A DNA stretch of 64,000 nt from Balanoglossus misakiensis. Lineage: Eukaryota; Animalia; Hemichordata. The stretch covers positions 5,072,301 to 5,136,300 of the forward strand of contig CM082577.2 of assembly GCA_040954595.2 (NCBI GenBank). The letters run 5' to 3'. A program made the translations under genes and the position numbers. This document shows positions 1-14,400 of this stretch, one piece after another. Positions within the stretch are counted from its first letter, which is position 1; each line of letters begins with the position of its first letter. Below the pieces are notes generated by a model, which ran no database searches, had not been told where the DNA came from, and was given only the letters and a program-made list of their open reading frames with translations.

Positions 1-603
1 GGTGAAATTGGGGTTTGTCAAATAAACTTTAGTGTGATGTTGACATAGTGCTAACTCGTCACAATGAAAAGCCTTTTTTTTATTTCTCTCAAAGTTTTTT
101 TCTTCACAGAGTGAACTTCAAACTTCAGTCCATGTAAGTTACAATATGCGGTGCAATCTTATAGACTTTTTTACAGCGATTAAGTGAAAAAGTTAGCAAT
201 ACTAGTGATTACACCATAGGTATTGACAGACGTTGCTATGACAATAAAAACACTGTAAAGCTTTTTTGTTGTTGTTGCTTAGGTTTTTAGACAGGAGAGG
301 TATTGGACTTACTATGTAGTGTCTCTTGGATTCCTTATACAGTTACTTGTATAATTCATGATCAATATTCTGGAACAAATAAACTTGGACATGATTTAAA
401 CTTAATATCAGGTTTCATTTCGGTAGTATATGTTCTACTGACATTTCAATCCATTGCACTCTAAGCCCACTTTCAGGACATGTTAAGGTGTTATGCATCT
501 CGAAAACCTAAGTTATAAACTTTTTTCTCGTATTTTGTTCAAGGCAACTTTGAATCATTCTTTGAGGGCGCACTCAAAGTTCATAGTCAAGACAGGGTAA
601 TAT

Positions 604-679
604 CATCGTCGTAAACCACGGCCTATTTACGGCAACAGTTGCTATGGAGCAGGGGTAGATAACTCTGGCTCGCGAGAAT
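604..679. mobile_element. Short dispersed repeat, copy 1 (CATCGTCGTAAA...CTCTGGCTCGCGAGAAT)
   Basis: Both ends match the copy at 48554-48663 (catcgtcgtaaa(a)ccacg.cct.tttacggcaac ... ctctggct.gcgagaat); the middle is shorter and divergent. Confidence 0.7.
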
Positions 680-3600
680 GGTAGCTATGGCTACAGAACA
701 GTGTTTAGATCCAGTCAATAAATGGGGTCGGGCAATAGTCTGGACTGCCGATTATACTGCTGCTGTCGAACCAGTATTTTTCATGGATGATATGCAAATG
801 AAGATAAAGTAGTACCTGTTGCATGCCTGACAGCATGTTAAAATAAAAAGCTATTTTAAACTCTTCCTTTTGTCACTACGACCAGGAAATGAAATTACAA
901 TTGTTTATCCCATAGACCAACAGTTTCAGTATGACACTATGTATTTAAGAGATCCACCAACACCAGAAAACAAGAAATATTTCCTCCCCCCAAAATATTA
1001 ATAATGCTTCCAACGTTCTTGTATTAACTCTTGGTTACGTATTAAGCGGATAAGCCGTCGCGACTACGCATGCCCTGTCGACTATCTATTAAACATCCAT
1101 CCACATGATCCATAGGGTCAAAGTGCCACAATTTAATAATAGTAATACCGTCATTATTTGTTCACGTATGTGTTAACCGGCCGCGGTTCTAAAGGTGTGA
1201 TACTCGCCGGTCACAGAAGTCCTGTGCTTTAAATGTAACGCTGGAAAAGAGACGAAATTTGACTTCGGGATGTTGGCATCGATCAAGGTAACATTCTATG
1301 TACAGATTGTCATGGGATAAAGACAATGTCATGTTTTGTACAAAGTTTTGTTGAAATTTCGACGCTACGTGACCAAAGGTACACGTAAACCGGAAACAGA
1401 GTTTTGTCAACGTGAATTATCTGTGTTAAAACACCGTCCGGTAAGTGTCACTCCACAAGTTTGACAGATAAGTTGCCTGGTTCTGCACATGGGAGCGACG
1501 GAGATTGTATCGACCAAAGTACAAATTTTATATCTGATCTTACCATTTATTGACACAACGTACGAGGACCGTTGTCTGTACACTGAGGCCCGGTGAAACC
1601 GGCCTCCCGTACTGTCAAACGCACAGCTGATAAAAAATCTAACCTTGGTGGGTGGCCAGCTCTTAATATGAGTGCAGCATTTGATACTTTGGGGAGTTAC
1701 AAAATTTTCCACGAAAACAATAGTTGCTAGCCAACTATAGAAAAACGTGCTTGCCTTTACAATAGCATAGAAAACCATAGAAAATTTTTTTGCCTGCATC
1801 AAGACTAAAACTTGCTTTGATGCATTTGTTAGGCGCATATTGTCTGGCGATCTCTGGAGGTTTCGCCTACGGTGGCACTATGTGTAAGCCGGTATCCTTT
1901 TGAACTCACGGTTTAGCATTACATGTAGTTCAATTTAACTATATATGAACTGTTTTTGTCGACAGACATTCACAACTGACCCTTTGTTTCCCGAAAAGGT
2001 CTATTTACATTTATAGAAATTCCCGCGAATTTTAGGCTGCGGATAAGTTTGGGTCAGGCCAGCAAACAGGCACACCGTCACCTGTCCGTGGTTTGATATT
2101 AACCTATTCGGTCGGAGATAAATTCCGACAAACTCTACTCAACAGAATCTGCATGACACCTGTTATTATTTGTCCGGCAGATGATATTTTCCCCATGTCA
2201 TGGTGTTTGTTTTCCGTTCTTCTCAAAATGTGTTATCAAGGTTTGGCAGCTGAGGAGTTGGGAGGGGGGGGGGGGGCTCGATCTTGAAGTGGTGGAACTT
2301 GTCAGGCTTGTTGCGAATCTACTGAGAATGGCGATGGACAGCATTTCGTCCGTGTGTGTCCGGTATATCACTGAGATTTCACGATGTTAAATATTGTTAA
2401 TGACATTATCTTATTCAATGGGCATTTCTGACACCTGAAAAATTGTTTTCACATATGGCATCTTCTAGTATAAATATTATTTAACACTGCGTATACAAAT
2501 CAACCAGGTTTGTAAATAGTGTCGGTGCTCCTACTGATACAACAGGAAGATGACTAAATGAGAGAAATTCGCCACGCCAGTAATTCATTTGATAAAGCAC
2601 GGAGGGACCCTGGACAAAGATATCTATTAATGATAAGGTGGAATCCGAAACCCCGTTGAATATGGCTTATAGTCATAGCCACAGACAAAGAGAACAAAAT
2701 TATCTTTGTCTGTGTCATAGCCAACAACATTTTACATTCATACATACTTTTTAAAATTTAATGATCTGTGGAATTACGAAAAATGACCTGTATATGCTCC
2801 TCATTGCTTCTGCCTTGCCCCAGGAGCGGTGGGTACGTCATCCTAAATGGATTATATTCGCCAGTTGGATGATGGATAAAATAAATAAAAAGAATACAAA
2901 AACAATTTAGAAATTCGCTTCGGAAACCGAAATTGTGGCTCACCAGTTTGAATCTATATTTCGGGCTATCATAATCGTGGGAGTAAATGTCGACCTACCA
3001 TGTGAGCGTACACGGTTAAATGCCATTCTATGACGCATAAAAAACACGTCGCTGTTATTGCATGCAACGCTGAGTTTCAACAATAAGGAACATTATTATG
3101 TGACATATGTGACATACTACAAACATTTTGTACAAATGAATTTTTGTTGAATAGAAAGTCGTTTGGCGCATACGTGTTGTCCGCTGAATTTTTATTAACT
3201 TTGATAGATAGAGCGTGGTTGCCGTGACAAGTTTTTTAACTCCACCAATACATAGGTCTTGAAATGTCTATTTATCTGTTTCTACTGCATGTAACATATA
3301 CACACATATGTATTTGTATAAGATTTGCTTGCTGACTAAAAGTAAATAAATTTGCGCAATATAAATATCACACGAATTCAAGTCTGCGCTGGTATTCGAG
3401 TCGTAAAACACTGCGAACTTCACGACGTGTCCATTTATGATAAATATTTGCAGTCAGCATCGCACCATTCGAAAGAACCATGATAAACCGACTCATAAGG
3501 AATGAATAATATTAATATCGTCAGCCAATACCGACAAATCAATGTATACGCACGATCGATCACTGCCATTTTAATAGCTGGTGTTGCAACCGTCTGTCGA

Positions 3601-4159
3601 GGATACCTCTTCCTCATCTGGCATTACTAATCTAATAGTCTGTGACATTACGTAATAATGATACGCACGTTTGTTTGATTGTAAGGATGTTTCGCGGTGA
3701 TATTTCAAAGCATACCCGCTCGATGGTCAGGGGCCGCACAACACATCCGTAGATTTTCCACTCGGAACGATCGCAACAGGGGTATAGGTCAAATGGGAGT
3801 TGAACTCTGAAAAGCCTTGTGAATAATAATACTCTTATACAGCTTCGAGAGAGGGGGTCACCGTGGCTCGGTGATTTTGGAAAGTTTGCTACGGTGGCTA
3901 CGGGGGATATATCTCACGACTGACAGTCTTACATCACTCAAACAGTTTCCGAAGATTTAGAGAACGTCTGGTTCATATGTTTTTTACTGGAGTCGTGAGA
4001 TATTCTGCCGTAAACGTGTATACACCATAGTTTCTGCGTTGGCCGCGTTCACTGACTCACAGACGCAGTCGCCCCTGCGTATAAACGTCTCGTACCAAGG
4101 AATGGGAGCTGCTTGAATTATCTCGATTGAATCTCAGCACACCTTCTTAAATAGCGGGA

Positions 4160-7100
4160 ATGGTGGCCAGTTATCGTCCCTGGAAACCGGTAGGTTTCAA
4201 CAATTACGTTAATTTGTGTTTGATGAAAACCTCATCAAGTCGCATGGGTGTTTATTTATACACCGCGACGACAGTAGTCGTCCCCGTAACGTGCCCCATT
4301 TTGCGTTAAGAATTAACGATGTCAAGGTTGACCCGATAGTTACACTGAACCCATTCATATTGCACCTTCCGCTTTATTTTGCGGTGCTGAACAAGCCTAC
4401 GAGACTCGTATGGCTACAAAAATTGCTTGGGTAATACTGTAAATAAGGTAAAATTTGTCTTTTTTCAGAAAAGGGAAATGATTATCCAGGCGACAATATG
4501 CTAAATTGTTTTACGTGTAATGTATATCATTTCTTCTATTAATATAGTGCTAGCATTTATATAGCGGTGGGACTGTAACTGGATATACTGTATCACATAG
4601 AAACCGTGCACGGCAAAACAGAGGCTAGGCCCCCTATGGGTGTCTAAAACGATCGAGGTCCGGTTTGCAATGAAACCTTGTGTCTTGTGTTAGCTAGCGC
4701 ACGAGTCAGATTCACTTAAAAATAGATTCAGGAAATTGATAAATGGCTCAAAATAACCGCAATGAATGACGAGACGACAGACGGTCCCTTTATGTACTGA
4801 GCTCGCTCGGTGAGGGACAGTGTGGCCCCGGGAGTATGGTCCAGCCATGATGGATGTTCCAAATGGCGTGGGCATATAGCAATTCACGCCTTGATGCACA
4901 TGGGACGCTGGTTTGTTCTCTACAAGGGTTGCGAGTGGTGTCTGTGATAACTAAAGGGTTCGAGAACATAACTCTCCGTCGTCATAAATGTGAGGCATTT
5001 CTGCTTCATGCGTGATAGAACCACTCTGCATCTGTTGTATTGAAGCTAGCCCGGAGACCAGGGCGTCGATCTAGATCTTTTCCCCGACGCCCTGGTCTCC
5101 GGGCTATATTGAAGCACACCAAATGAATCTGATTAAAACGAGATACAATGTTGGCTCGATCTGTACATTTGCTGGTTCTTTGTTGTTCTAACTTTTCTCG
5201 GGTTTCATCCGAGAACAACACAACATCTAATTTTTAATCCGCATACACTGGACTCATCGGTTATTATAGCCTGGTCACCATACCCAGTGTGTTTTAGATA
5301 GACTCACACCAGCTCAGTAGACGGACAGACCAGCACTTTCTTCCTGGTGCATTCTATCCTCGAATTAATTCTTGCAGATGTTGCAAGAAAAAAAGACCAC
5401 GTTGGATGAGAAATGCAAACAGTGGAACATGTCATAACTAATTGACTGGGCCGGTAGTTTGGTTTTCTACTACTTGCATCTAACTACTATCGATGATGGA
5501 TGGTGATTTCAGATTAAGCGCCTGCAGAAAACTGAAAGAACCCGACCCTATGTTTAGAAATACATACTTAGTTACCAAAAACCTGCGTTAGTGGGCCATT
5601 TTATAACATGGGCCGGCGTTTGGGAGATAGATTTTATTGTGTATACACAACATCAGCTGAAACTTTCCAACCGCCAAAGTCCGCAATTTTTACATGTAGA
5701 AAGTGACTTTTGCCGTGTCTCCCGTCGGAATCCGCCCCCCCCCCATAATTTTTTTCAAGGGCCGAAGGATATGGTCCGCCCTTAAAAAATTACGAGAACT
5801 GCTGCGGCACATTAGTCCATGTACCATATTGTGAATGAATAGTAATGTTCGTTTGGTACATTTCTCGTTTCGCAATGCAGAGATATTGGTGTCGCCGTTC
5901 ATTTATTCTGCTGAACTGTCTGATGCTCTTGGTGACTGCAACCCTCGTGTGGAAATCGAAGACTCCCCGGGAGTTGGCCGTTTACAGCGCCGCCGGATCA
6001 CCGCCGAGCGTCCCGCATACCGCCGGGGAGCAAGGACGGGACTCCCAGCAGCAGCGGTCCGGGCCCGAGCAGGCGGCCGCGGCGGACGATCAGGTCTTGC
6101 CGAACAACACACGGTCACTCAACACCAGTGCGTCACCGACCGAGAGGCGAGAGGAGCCTACGGTCGTAAAACAGGCGAACAGCAGTACACTGGATGAAGA
6201 CGGTCTTCTACGCGGATATGTCGCTGTCTCGAATATTTCCAAGGTATGGTTTTTCCTTCCTTGTCGAATTTACATGAATATCCGCGTTGGTCACTTTTCA
6301 GTTGAAAAAAAGACACGCCCGGCATATGAATGTTTGATTGACGTCATATCGTTGGTGAATGTTTCGTTTGGTACTAAGAAGATTTTAGTCAATTTTAGCG
6401 ACTTTCTGCATACAAAAATACAGATGACAAAACAAGAAAATGTTTAGGAAATGTTTAATAAATTGATTTTCACATTAAATGTATTCTTCATGCAATAATC
6501 GCCAAGAATTCCTATATCGTGATATCTAATTTTGTTGTGTATGTTGACATAACATACGAAATGTTCCTACCCAGGGTTGTTTGGGCACATGTAATATCTG
6601 CACCATCAGCACAGTTTCTAGTATCCAAAATTGATTTTTTTGATATTCATGCGATACCATGGTTGATATGAGACACGTTTTGTTTTTTGCAACTATGTAT
6701 TAAATATCAATGCTGACGAACCATTGGCGTGGAACCGATTGTACCAGATAGGAAGATGTGTTTTCTGTAACCATGGTAACGTGTTGCCCGTGGCAGTGGA
6801 GAGCACTGGAGATTGAGCGATATCAAATGCCAATGACGTGGGCATTTCTAGATATAAACGAAATGCTTTTTTGTCTGTGCGCGGAACTGTTGATCGGGAA
6901 ACAAAGGGTGTAGCTGTGCATAGCTCCGTGAGCTCTGAGAATTTATTCCTTGGTTTTAGTTTCGGCGTTTATCTCCTGACATGCAGACATCCGCCAAACT
7001 TTTCTTTTTATTTCTACCCCCCAGCAGTTACTCACATGAGCCAGAACGGATATAAAATCGAAAGTTGTGACCTAGCACCCGATAAGGTCATACAGTTGGC

Positions 7101-9181
7101 CTATACTGTACTTCCCAAGCTGTCAGCAAAATGCTGAATTTTTAATCGTCTTGATGATCTGACTAAAAAGGGTGATTGACTTACTGGAATGCGTTTCAAT
7201 ATGTGTATAAAATTCACATTCTCTGCCGTTTTCTGACAAGGAGATTGACGTAAGCCCGCTGCGTTTTAATACTTGCGCACCGTCCGCGCCGCGCGCGTGT
7301 GTGACGTGCGGAAATGTGTTTTGCTGGGATATGTTCAAATGGCAGCTACAGTGACGTCATTGACGCTATTTTATATTTTTTTGCAGCATTTGGAGTATAA
7401 ATGTGGTCGTTGCGCAATCGTATCCAACTCGGGGCAGATCCTGCGCAGGAACGCCAGCAAGGACGTAGACGCGAATGATTGCGTCATACGAATGAACGAC
7501 GCTCCTGTTCTTGGATTTGAGCAAGACGTCGGCACGAAAACCGACATACGGATCATATCGTTTGCTTCCATTGGCCTTTTCAAGCCCGCAGACCTGTTCG
7601 TTGGTGTCGGAGCGGCAAAAACCGTGATATTTTGGGGACCTAAAGACCTGATGGCGGTCGATGGAAAGGGACGGGTGTTTAATACGATAACCGAGTACCA
7701 GGGCAACTACAGTGATGTGCAATTTTACATGTTTACAAATGAGAAGATGGATGAGGCTCACGCTCTTTACGAAAAAGAAACGCGTTTAAAAATGTAAGTA
7801 GCTCTGTTTTTTTTTGGCTTGGTGTCTTGGGGACGATAACGGAAGCTTGTGAGGTCCTTTTGGGCATTTAATTTAATTCAGTTTTCCGGAAAATTACCTT
7901 TTTTATTCATAAGAAAAATGTTCCTCGGCACCAATGGAAATTCCATTAAATAAAAGTCTGTTAACTTCTTCCTGTCGTCAATCGGGATTTTTTTCATTTT
8001 GACGCGCTTCTTTGCCTGCTAAATGGAGCTAAAACAGCTCAGATGATCAGAAGTCCCTCAAAGTTTCGTACAATCATACTGAAACTAGTGAAAGCCCCGG
8101 GCCTATAGAAGAACACCCGCCGCACGAAATATGGGTTATCACACCTGATGACCTCTGAACTCTACAGAAGTTTCCCTTATAACAAGGGATCGACGACTCC
8201 TCATACACAAACAATAGAACATACCACAAACGACAACAATTGAAGCGAGACAGCGTTCTATCAGAAAACTGTCTGACTGGATCGTGAATGGCCCCGTCTT
8301 CAACTGTTCGAATGAATGGCCATTATGAGAGGGCGTGTTATTGATAATCATTAAATACATTTACATGGGATGATGGGTCAGTGTGTGAAGCACCATAAAG
8401 GGGGCAGGTTTTTTTTACATCTCGTACAGCATTCAGTCGCCTGTGTTTGTGCACCTGTTTGAACAGCGATTTGACAATAACAGCGACATTAAAAAGCAAC
8501 CTTGCAAGACAGTGATTTCTGATGCTGTGGCACCATAGACCCTGGTGGCAAACAGTTGTCCAATGCTGCCGTGTGTCGCGTCGGTTGGTCTTGCTTTCGT
8601 TTACTCACTCACTCTGTCATTCACAGTGGGCCCATCTGGGCGTCAACAGGCTGGTTCACCATGCAGTTTGCCAGGGAGGTTTGCGATAGCATAACAATTT
8701 ATGGGATGAGCCATCCAGATTTTTGCAAGTAAGCGTGGTTTTGCTAATATATTATTCAGTATATATTTGGTGATTTATACGAGTCAGAAACTAAAATAGC
8801 TGCAGAGTTTTAACAAAAAATGTGACTTTTGTGCTGTTTAAAATGATAATCAGCCATGTGTCGTTTGTCATATGTCACACGAGAATGCCCCCCGTATAAC
8901 TGCCAAGCCACCCAAGATCTCGCGCAGTCTCGTGGCGATCAAGAAATGGTCTATTGCATCTGATATGTCACTCTTTCATCACTGTCAATTTCAGGACCCA
9001 TTCATTGGACAAGGCACCCTATCATTATTACGCCCCTGGTGGACAAAAAGAGTGCAATCGATATCTGGTTCATGAACGCCAGAGAAAAAACGTTCACCGA
9101 TACAGAAGTGAGAGGGACGTATTTTTACGATGGGCGAAATCCACAGAAGTTGATCTCCAATTTAATCATCCGTCTTGGTAA
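4160..9181 (+). CDS. Alpha-2,6-sialyltransferase, ST6GalNAc III-VI type (GT29), type II Golgi membrane protein
   Basis: Exons 5881-6243 (TM segment FILLNCLMLLVTATLVW plus stem), 7387-7793 (sialylmotif L, CAIVSNSGQ...CVIRMNDAP...DVGTKT), 8627-8728 (motif S, STGWFTMQFAREVCDSITIYGM) and 8995-9181 (motif III YHYY, motif VS HRYRSE), joined by GT-AG introns with compatible phases. The first exon is tentative: micro-exon 4160-4189 (MVASYRPWKP|gtagg), or alternatively ATG 5845/5875. Confidence 0.9.
5047..5106. mobile_element. 60-bp foldback MITE with 22-bp perfect TIRs and a 9-bp TSD
   Basis: TAGCCCGGAGACCAGGGCGTCG (5047-5068), 16-nt spacer, exact reverse complement (5085-5106); flanked by TATTGAAGC at 5038-5046 and 5107-5115. 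Confidence 0.85.
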
Positions 9182-11469
9182 CGGAGTTAGTACCTCTTTG
9201 TAAATTATACTGGAGAGACTTCAAAGCCCGGTGGAAGTGCACTGTTCGTGATCATGATGACGTCATGGCATTCATCCACAAAATGACAAGCCAGCGACGG
9301 CGATATAGCTGTGTACTAGTATTTAGGCCTGCGAGAAGACGGTTATTGTCGTGTTCCGTCGAAGTAACTTCAACAAATCGAATGTGTGTGTGCATATCGG
9401 CAGTGCCGTACTGTGCAGAAGCTTTGAACATAAAGGTCGCCCGTCGGATTGGTTGCCTTGAATCGACGTTGGAGAATGCACAAGATTCATATATATTTTA
9501 TAAAAGAGACGACAACTGTTTGTAATTAACGACAAAAGATCCGCTATATGTGCTTAAAATTTCCATGCTCTACCTCAGTTTGTCGTAAAACGGTCGTAAA
9601 AGTTGAAGACGGTTTCAAGTTCTCAAAGTTCAGTTGAGAACCAAATTCCAAGTAGATTTTACCCATTTTAAAGCGCGTAGATCAAGTAGTGGACTGCCTT
9701 CGCTACCTTCCATATTTCATGCGCACCGTAAGTAGATTCTGGTTTTGTCCCTCCTTTTCACCCAAGCTAGCGTCTTTTCCCGATCTCCGACACAGATTGT
9801 GGTCGCTGCCATCTTGTGTGAGCACTGCCTTATGGGATTGACTGTTCACTAAACGTCTCTAACCAGCGGTTACAGTTGGAACATGCATGTGAGACAACCT
9901 CCAAGGTGGATTCCAACCGCATTTAAATCGAGTAGCCCACATTGGAGCAACATACATTGTTTGTTCATTCAAGCTGAAAGCAAAATCGTATATTTAGACG
10001 TTAAAGTCTATAGTTTAAATATTTATGTCACAATGCAGTATTATTATCGATCGGATGGCATGCATATTGAAGCTTGATTAAAAATAACCAAATTACGAAG
10101 TGATGATGCTTAAGTGTTTTGAAGATTGGGAAATATGCAAATTTAGCAACTGCTCAGGTTTTGCCAGTGCAATCAAATGGTCTGTCTCAAGTGAGGTCAT
10201 TATTAAGTAAAACCGAAAATGGTCGGAAATAAGGGATGGTTCTCTCCGACGTTAAGTTTCCCAAACTTTCTAAACCTGCAGAAAATTTATTTTCCATGAT
10301 TTCCTGGAGTGGTTTAAAATTCCAAAATTCCAAAAGAAGGAAAGATTGCAACTTTGGCGCGAAGATTCACACACCCACACACAAATAAATGCACACACAA
10401 ACCACTTGTCACGATAAGACATTCAGAATATATTTGGATTACCAGTACACTGTGAAATTCATGATTAGGACTACAACTCGAAGTCAAATTGACAACACAA
10501 TAGCAATCTGACACGGGTCTATTATATCACAATTTAAAATAAATTGTAGAATGCTGACTGAGCTCAACACATGACGAGTGTCTAAACTTGACGATCACTT
10601 GTTCATGTTTAAAATACCACTGGCGACAACACATAGGCGATGGTATACAAAAGTAAAAGAAAAAAAGTAACCAGATAAGAATACCAATTAAGTAATCAAT
10701 TTACAAGATTCATTATCTTTGACAAGAGGAAATAATTGCTGGTTCATGTTGTCCCACTCGCACAGCATCAGCAAATAACTCAAATTTAAAAACGCCATAT
10801 ATTTTAGTGATTTAAATAAAAAAACGGAAAACTGTCTTGTAACACTCGACTTCCCTGGTTGCCGTACAGAGTTGTCATTCGCAGCTACAGTGTAGGAACC
10901 ACGGTCTACTCTCGAATAATTCCCTTATATGTTGAATTTAGGATGGGGAAGTGTCAAGAAGGCAACAGACTTGTTTGGAATTGACTGTTGCAAACGACTG
11001 CTTTGATCCTCAAAGGTCACATTGTGTTTATTACTTTGGATGTGACTAGTGCTAGTGCGAACTTCCATTTTTTTAAAGGTATCGGTGTCTTCTCAAAAGA
11101 CAGGAGACGCCAACCACTGTGGCATTTAAATAGAGTTCATAGGTCAACACCCAGAGAACACCATTAGGTAAACATGGCTGCCATGTAGATATCTTCTCAG
11201 TGCATTCTGGGAGTCTCCCGTAGTCTCGATTTTGACACGACCCACATAAACGGGTAACAAATACTGGTAGAAACGTCATTACGAATGTTCACAATTATAA
11301 TACTTTAATTTTTTCAGTTTCATCTTCAAGCATATGTCATGGGGTCCTCGACATGAAAGAAGACACAAAGAACTACTGGCACATAAAATCTCCCATCACT
11401 GAAACGACAACATCTGCAAACATAGCACCGTGCAGACTGGTCCGAAACTAAAAAAATTAAAACACTGGG

Positions 11470-14400
11470 TCAGTGCTTGTGAGATTGCCTCCAGTGAGGA
11501 GCACTCCAGCTTTGACTTCTGGAGAACTTGTGGTATCGAAAGTCAGTTCTCTCCGTCTGAAAAATGAGACAGAAAAAAACATGTACATAATGCACATCCA
11601 TAACAAGATTTATACATAATAGTTGTATCATATTTCGCTGACATGTCATTTTCGAGAGACAAAAGGTTTACCCACAGGGCTACATTATCTTGATTTCCAC
11701 TAAAAAGCAAATATCAAGATGCAAAAATACAAAATAATACTTCTTATTTACCATATGACTTCTGAAGCCACTGTTCTTCCTGTTCTGCTCGTACTGGAAG
11801 CGATTGCCGGATTTGAACTGGTGGTACTCTTCAGGTCGGTGGCGCTTCACTTTCTTGACCTTGAAGTGAAGGAAGAGTGTGTTATTTGACACATTCAGAC
11901 TGAAACCAAATGTTACCCTCAGTACCTGCTGCTCCCAGACAGCCATAGCCCGTGAACTGCTGACACTGAAATAAGTACATGTAAATGCTAAGTACCTCAT
12001 AGCGCCCTCACAGGCCAGTAAGTCAGAAAACGAGCCTATTCTGCGAAGCCACATTGAATCAATTTGGCACTTACTTTTCCCCAATCATATTCCTCGTCGT
12101 AATCATCATCTTTTCTCTTTCTGGCTTCCCTGTCCATCTCGGCCTCTTGATCAACGATGCTCTTGCCACCGCCCCACGATTCAACTGAAAGAGAGCACGC
12201 AATAATGATCAGAAGCTGCCTGCAAGATTACAAACAGGAGCGAAAGAACTCTCACTTATGACATTGTTTAGGGTTTTGGTTTCTCTTAATAAATCAGGAG
12301 GTTCTGAAAAACTCACTTTTAGCCCCATATCCCTTGCTGTTGGATCTGCCTAGTAATTCATCCACAGCAGACGATGATTTGCTGCCGTCCCAGGTCTTAC
12401 TCCGACTCGCTTCTTCGTCACCGTGTAATTTTTTGTATCCATCTTTGACGTGGTGGTCCCAGTGTTGACTCGGCGCTGTGAGAACATTTAAAAAGTTCAG
12501 GATCATCACATTTGACATTGTTTAGTGTTTTTTTAATCAAACCAACGCATGGTTTGTGATAGTTCATGCTCAGTCTTTACAGGCACAGTAATGTTTATCT
12601 AAGCTAACAAGATAAACACACACAAGATAAACACACAAAAGTTTCCCAGAGAACTTACTGACCTTTATGCGTTTTGTCTTTCTTAGAGGGTGGATGATCA
12701 CCGTTGGCTTTGCTTGGCAGTTTTACATCCTCTTCTGTGCCACTCTCCTCTTCCTTCACCAGAGCAACCGTGTCTTCTTTGTGTTTCCTCCGCTTGCGTT
12801 TCTTTTTCTTCTTTCTTTCCTTCCTGTGGTCCTCTTCTTCCTCGCTGTCGTCGCTGTGGTTCCCGTGTCTGGCGCTCTCATCCTCGTGCCTGTCTCTTGC
12901 CTTCTTCTTTTTCTTTTTGTGTTTCTTGTGCTTCTTGTGTTTTCTAGACTCTTTGCTGTCGCCGTTCAGCAGAGCCGTCTTGTCAGAAACGACCCTGCTC
13001 TCTTCCTCCTCCTCGGTGTCCTCCGAACCGGCGGACCTCGGTCTCTTTGAACTCCTGTCGTCCTCTTCGGCCGCGCCATGCTTCCTTTTCTTGGCGTGTT
13101 TGTGGTGCGTCGGCGACTCCTCGTCTGGCTGACGACCGCCGCTGACGACAGGCGTGTCGCTCAGACTGTCGGAATGAGTCCTGTGTCGTTTCACGCCCCC
13201 GGCGCTCAGCTGCTTGAACAAACGCTTGTGTCCCATCGCCGTGTGGCACACCGGCCCGCTGCCGGGGCAACTGTACTGTCTCTCCAGCATGCTGCACTTC
13301 TTGTGGGGGCTCCCCTTGGGCGGTCTCTCAGCCTCGTCGCCGCCGCCGCCGCTCTCCTGCTTCGACTCGCGCTCCTTCTCCGCTTTCGCCTTCACCTCCT
13401 CCTCGTGCTTCTTGTACTCTTCCTTGGTGCGGACCGTCCACCCCGGGTGGGCGAACTCCGCCACCTTGGGCGTGGACGGCGCGTCCTTCTTGTCGATGAC
13501 CGTCCACTCGCCGCCGGTCGAGTTCATGCTGTGGTTGCTGCTGTCCGACGCCAGCGACGGGGATATCTGCGACTCGTGGTCGTTGATCTTCCAGGCCGAA
13601 GACGTGGCGTTGACTTTGAAGCTGCTGACTTTGCTCAGGGTTAATTTCAGCGGCGAGTTTTGACTGGTGACGGGCGTCCTGTTGAGCGGCGACACGCTCC
13701 CTGCGATACTGGCAACAGACTTCGCGCTGACCGGTGTCGTTTTCTCTGGAGGTTTCATATTTTCGTTTTTCTCCTCTTTCGCCTTCTGCGGCGTCTGTTT
13801 CCTTGGAGACTGATCAGGGATCCCCTTCCTGTCTGCTGCGTCGCTATCAGCGACCGTTTTCTCGGGGACCTTGTTGACCTTTTCTGGCAGTGGTGTATCC
13901 GACGCCAGCGGCATTTGTTGCTTTTTGGCATCTACTCTTAACGACCCAGTCGCTCTCTCATTGTTATCTTTGCCCGCATCACGTTTTGACGTTTCACTTT
14001 CCATGTCAGCGTCCGCCTTCCCGTTGACAGCCTGCTCATCCTTCAAGGGCAGATTGCTCAGCCTAGCCACGGTCTCGTCGTAGTCCTCGGAGCTTTCGTC
14101 GGAGTCCCCAGTGTACGGCACCAAGGCGGCATCCCCTGACGCACTGATCGACGGCTTCGTCGGCGTTTCCATCATGCGTTCGACCGAAGTCATTTCTTTT
14201 TTCACCTGCACTTGAGCGGAGGAAGCAGGAGACAGACCCTGTTTCGGCTTCACAGAGAGGTTAAACTGCACCTTTTCTCGCTTGCCTGGCTCGGGAATCG
14301 TTGTGGGCAGATTGGTCGGCCTCGCCTTCATGGCGATCGGCGTCCCGGTGATGACGAGTTTTGGTGACGGCGTGGTGGGCTTAGGTGAGAACAGCGTGTG

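Noticed and set aside
1189-1838. ORFs of 73 and 143 aa on the - strand
   Set aside because: No recognisable domain, coding-like composition or splice context; probably repeat-derived non-coding DNA.
3855-3905. Imperfect hairpin gtcaccgtggc...gctacggtggc with an A-box-like start
   Set aside because: No cloverleaf, B box or second copy, so it cannot be called a tRNA or SINE.
5835-6197. Overlapping alternative-frame and antisense ORFs in the sialyltransferase stem exon
   Set aside because: Expected by-product of a GC-rich exon with few stop codons.
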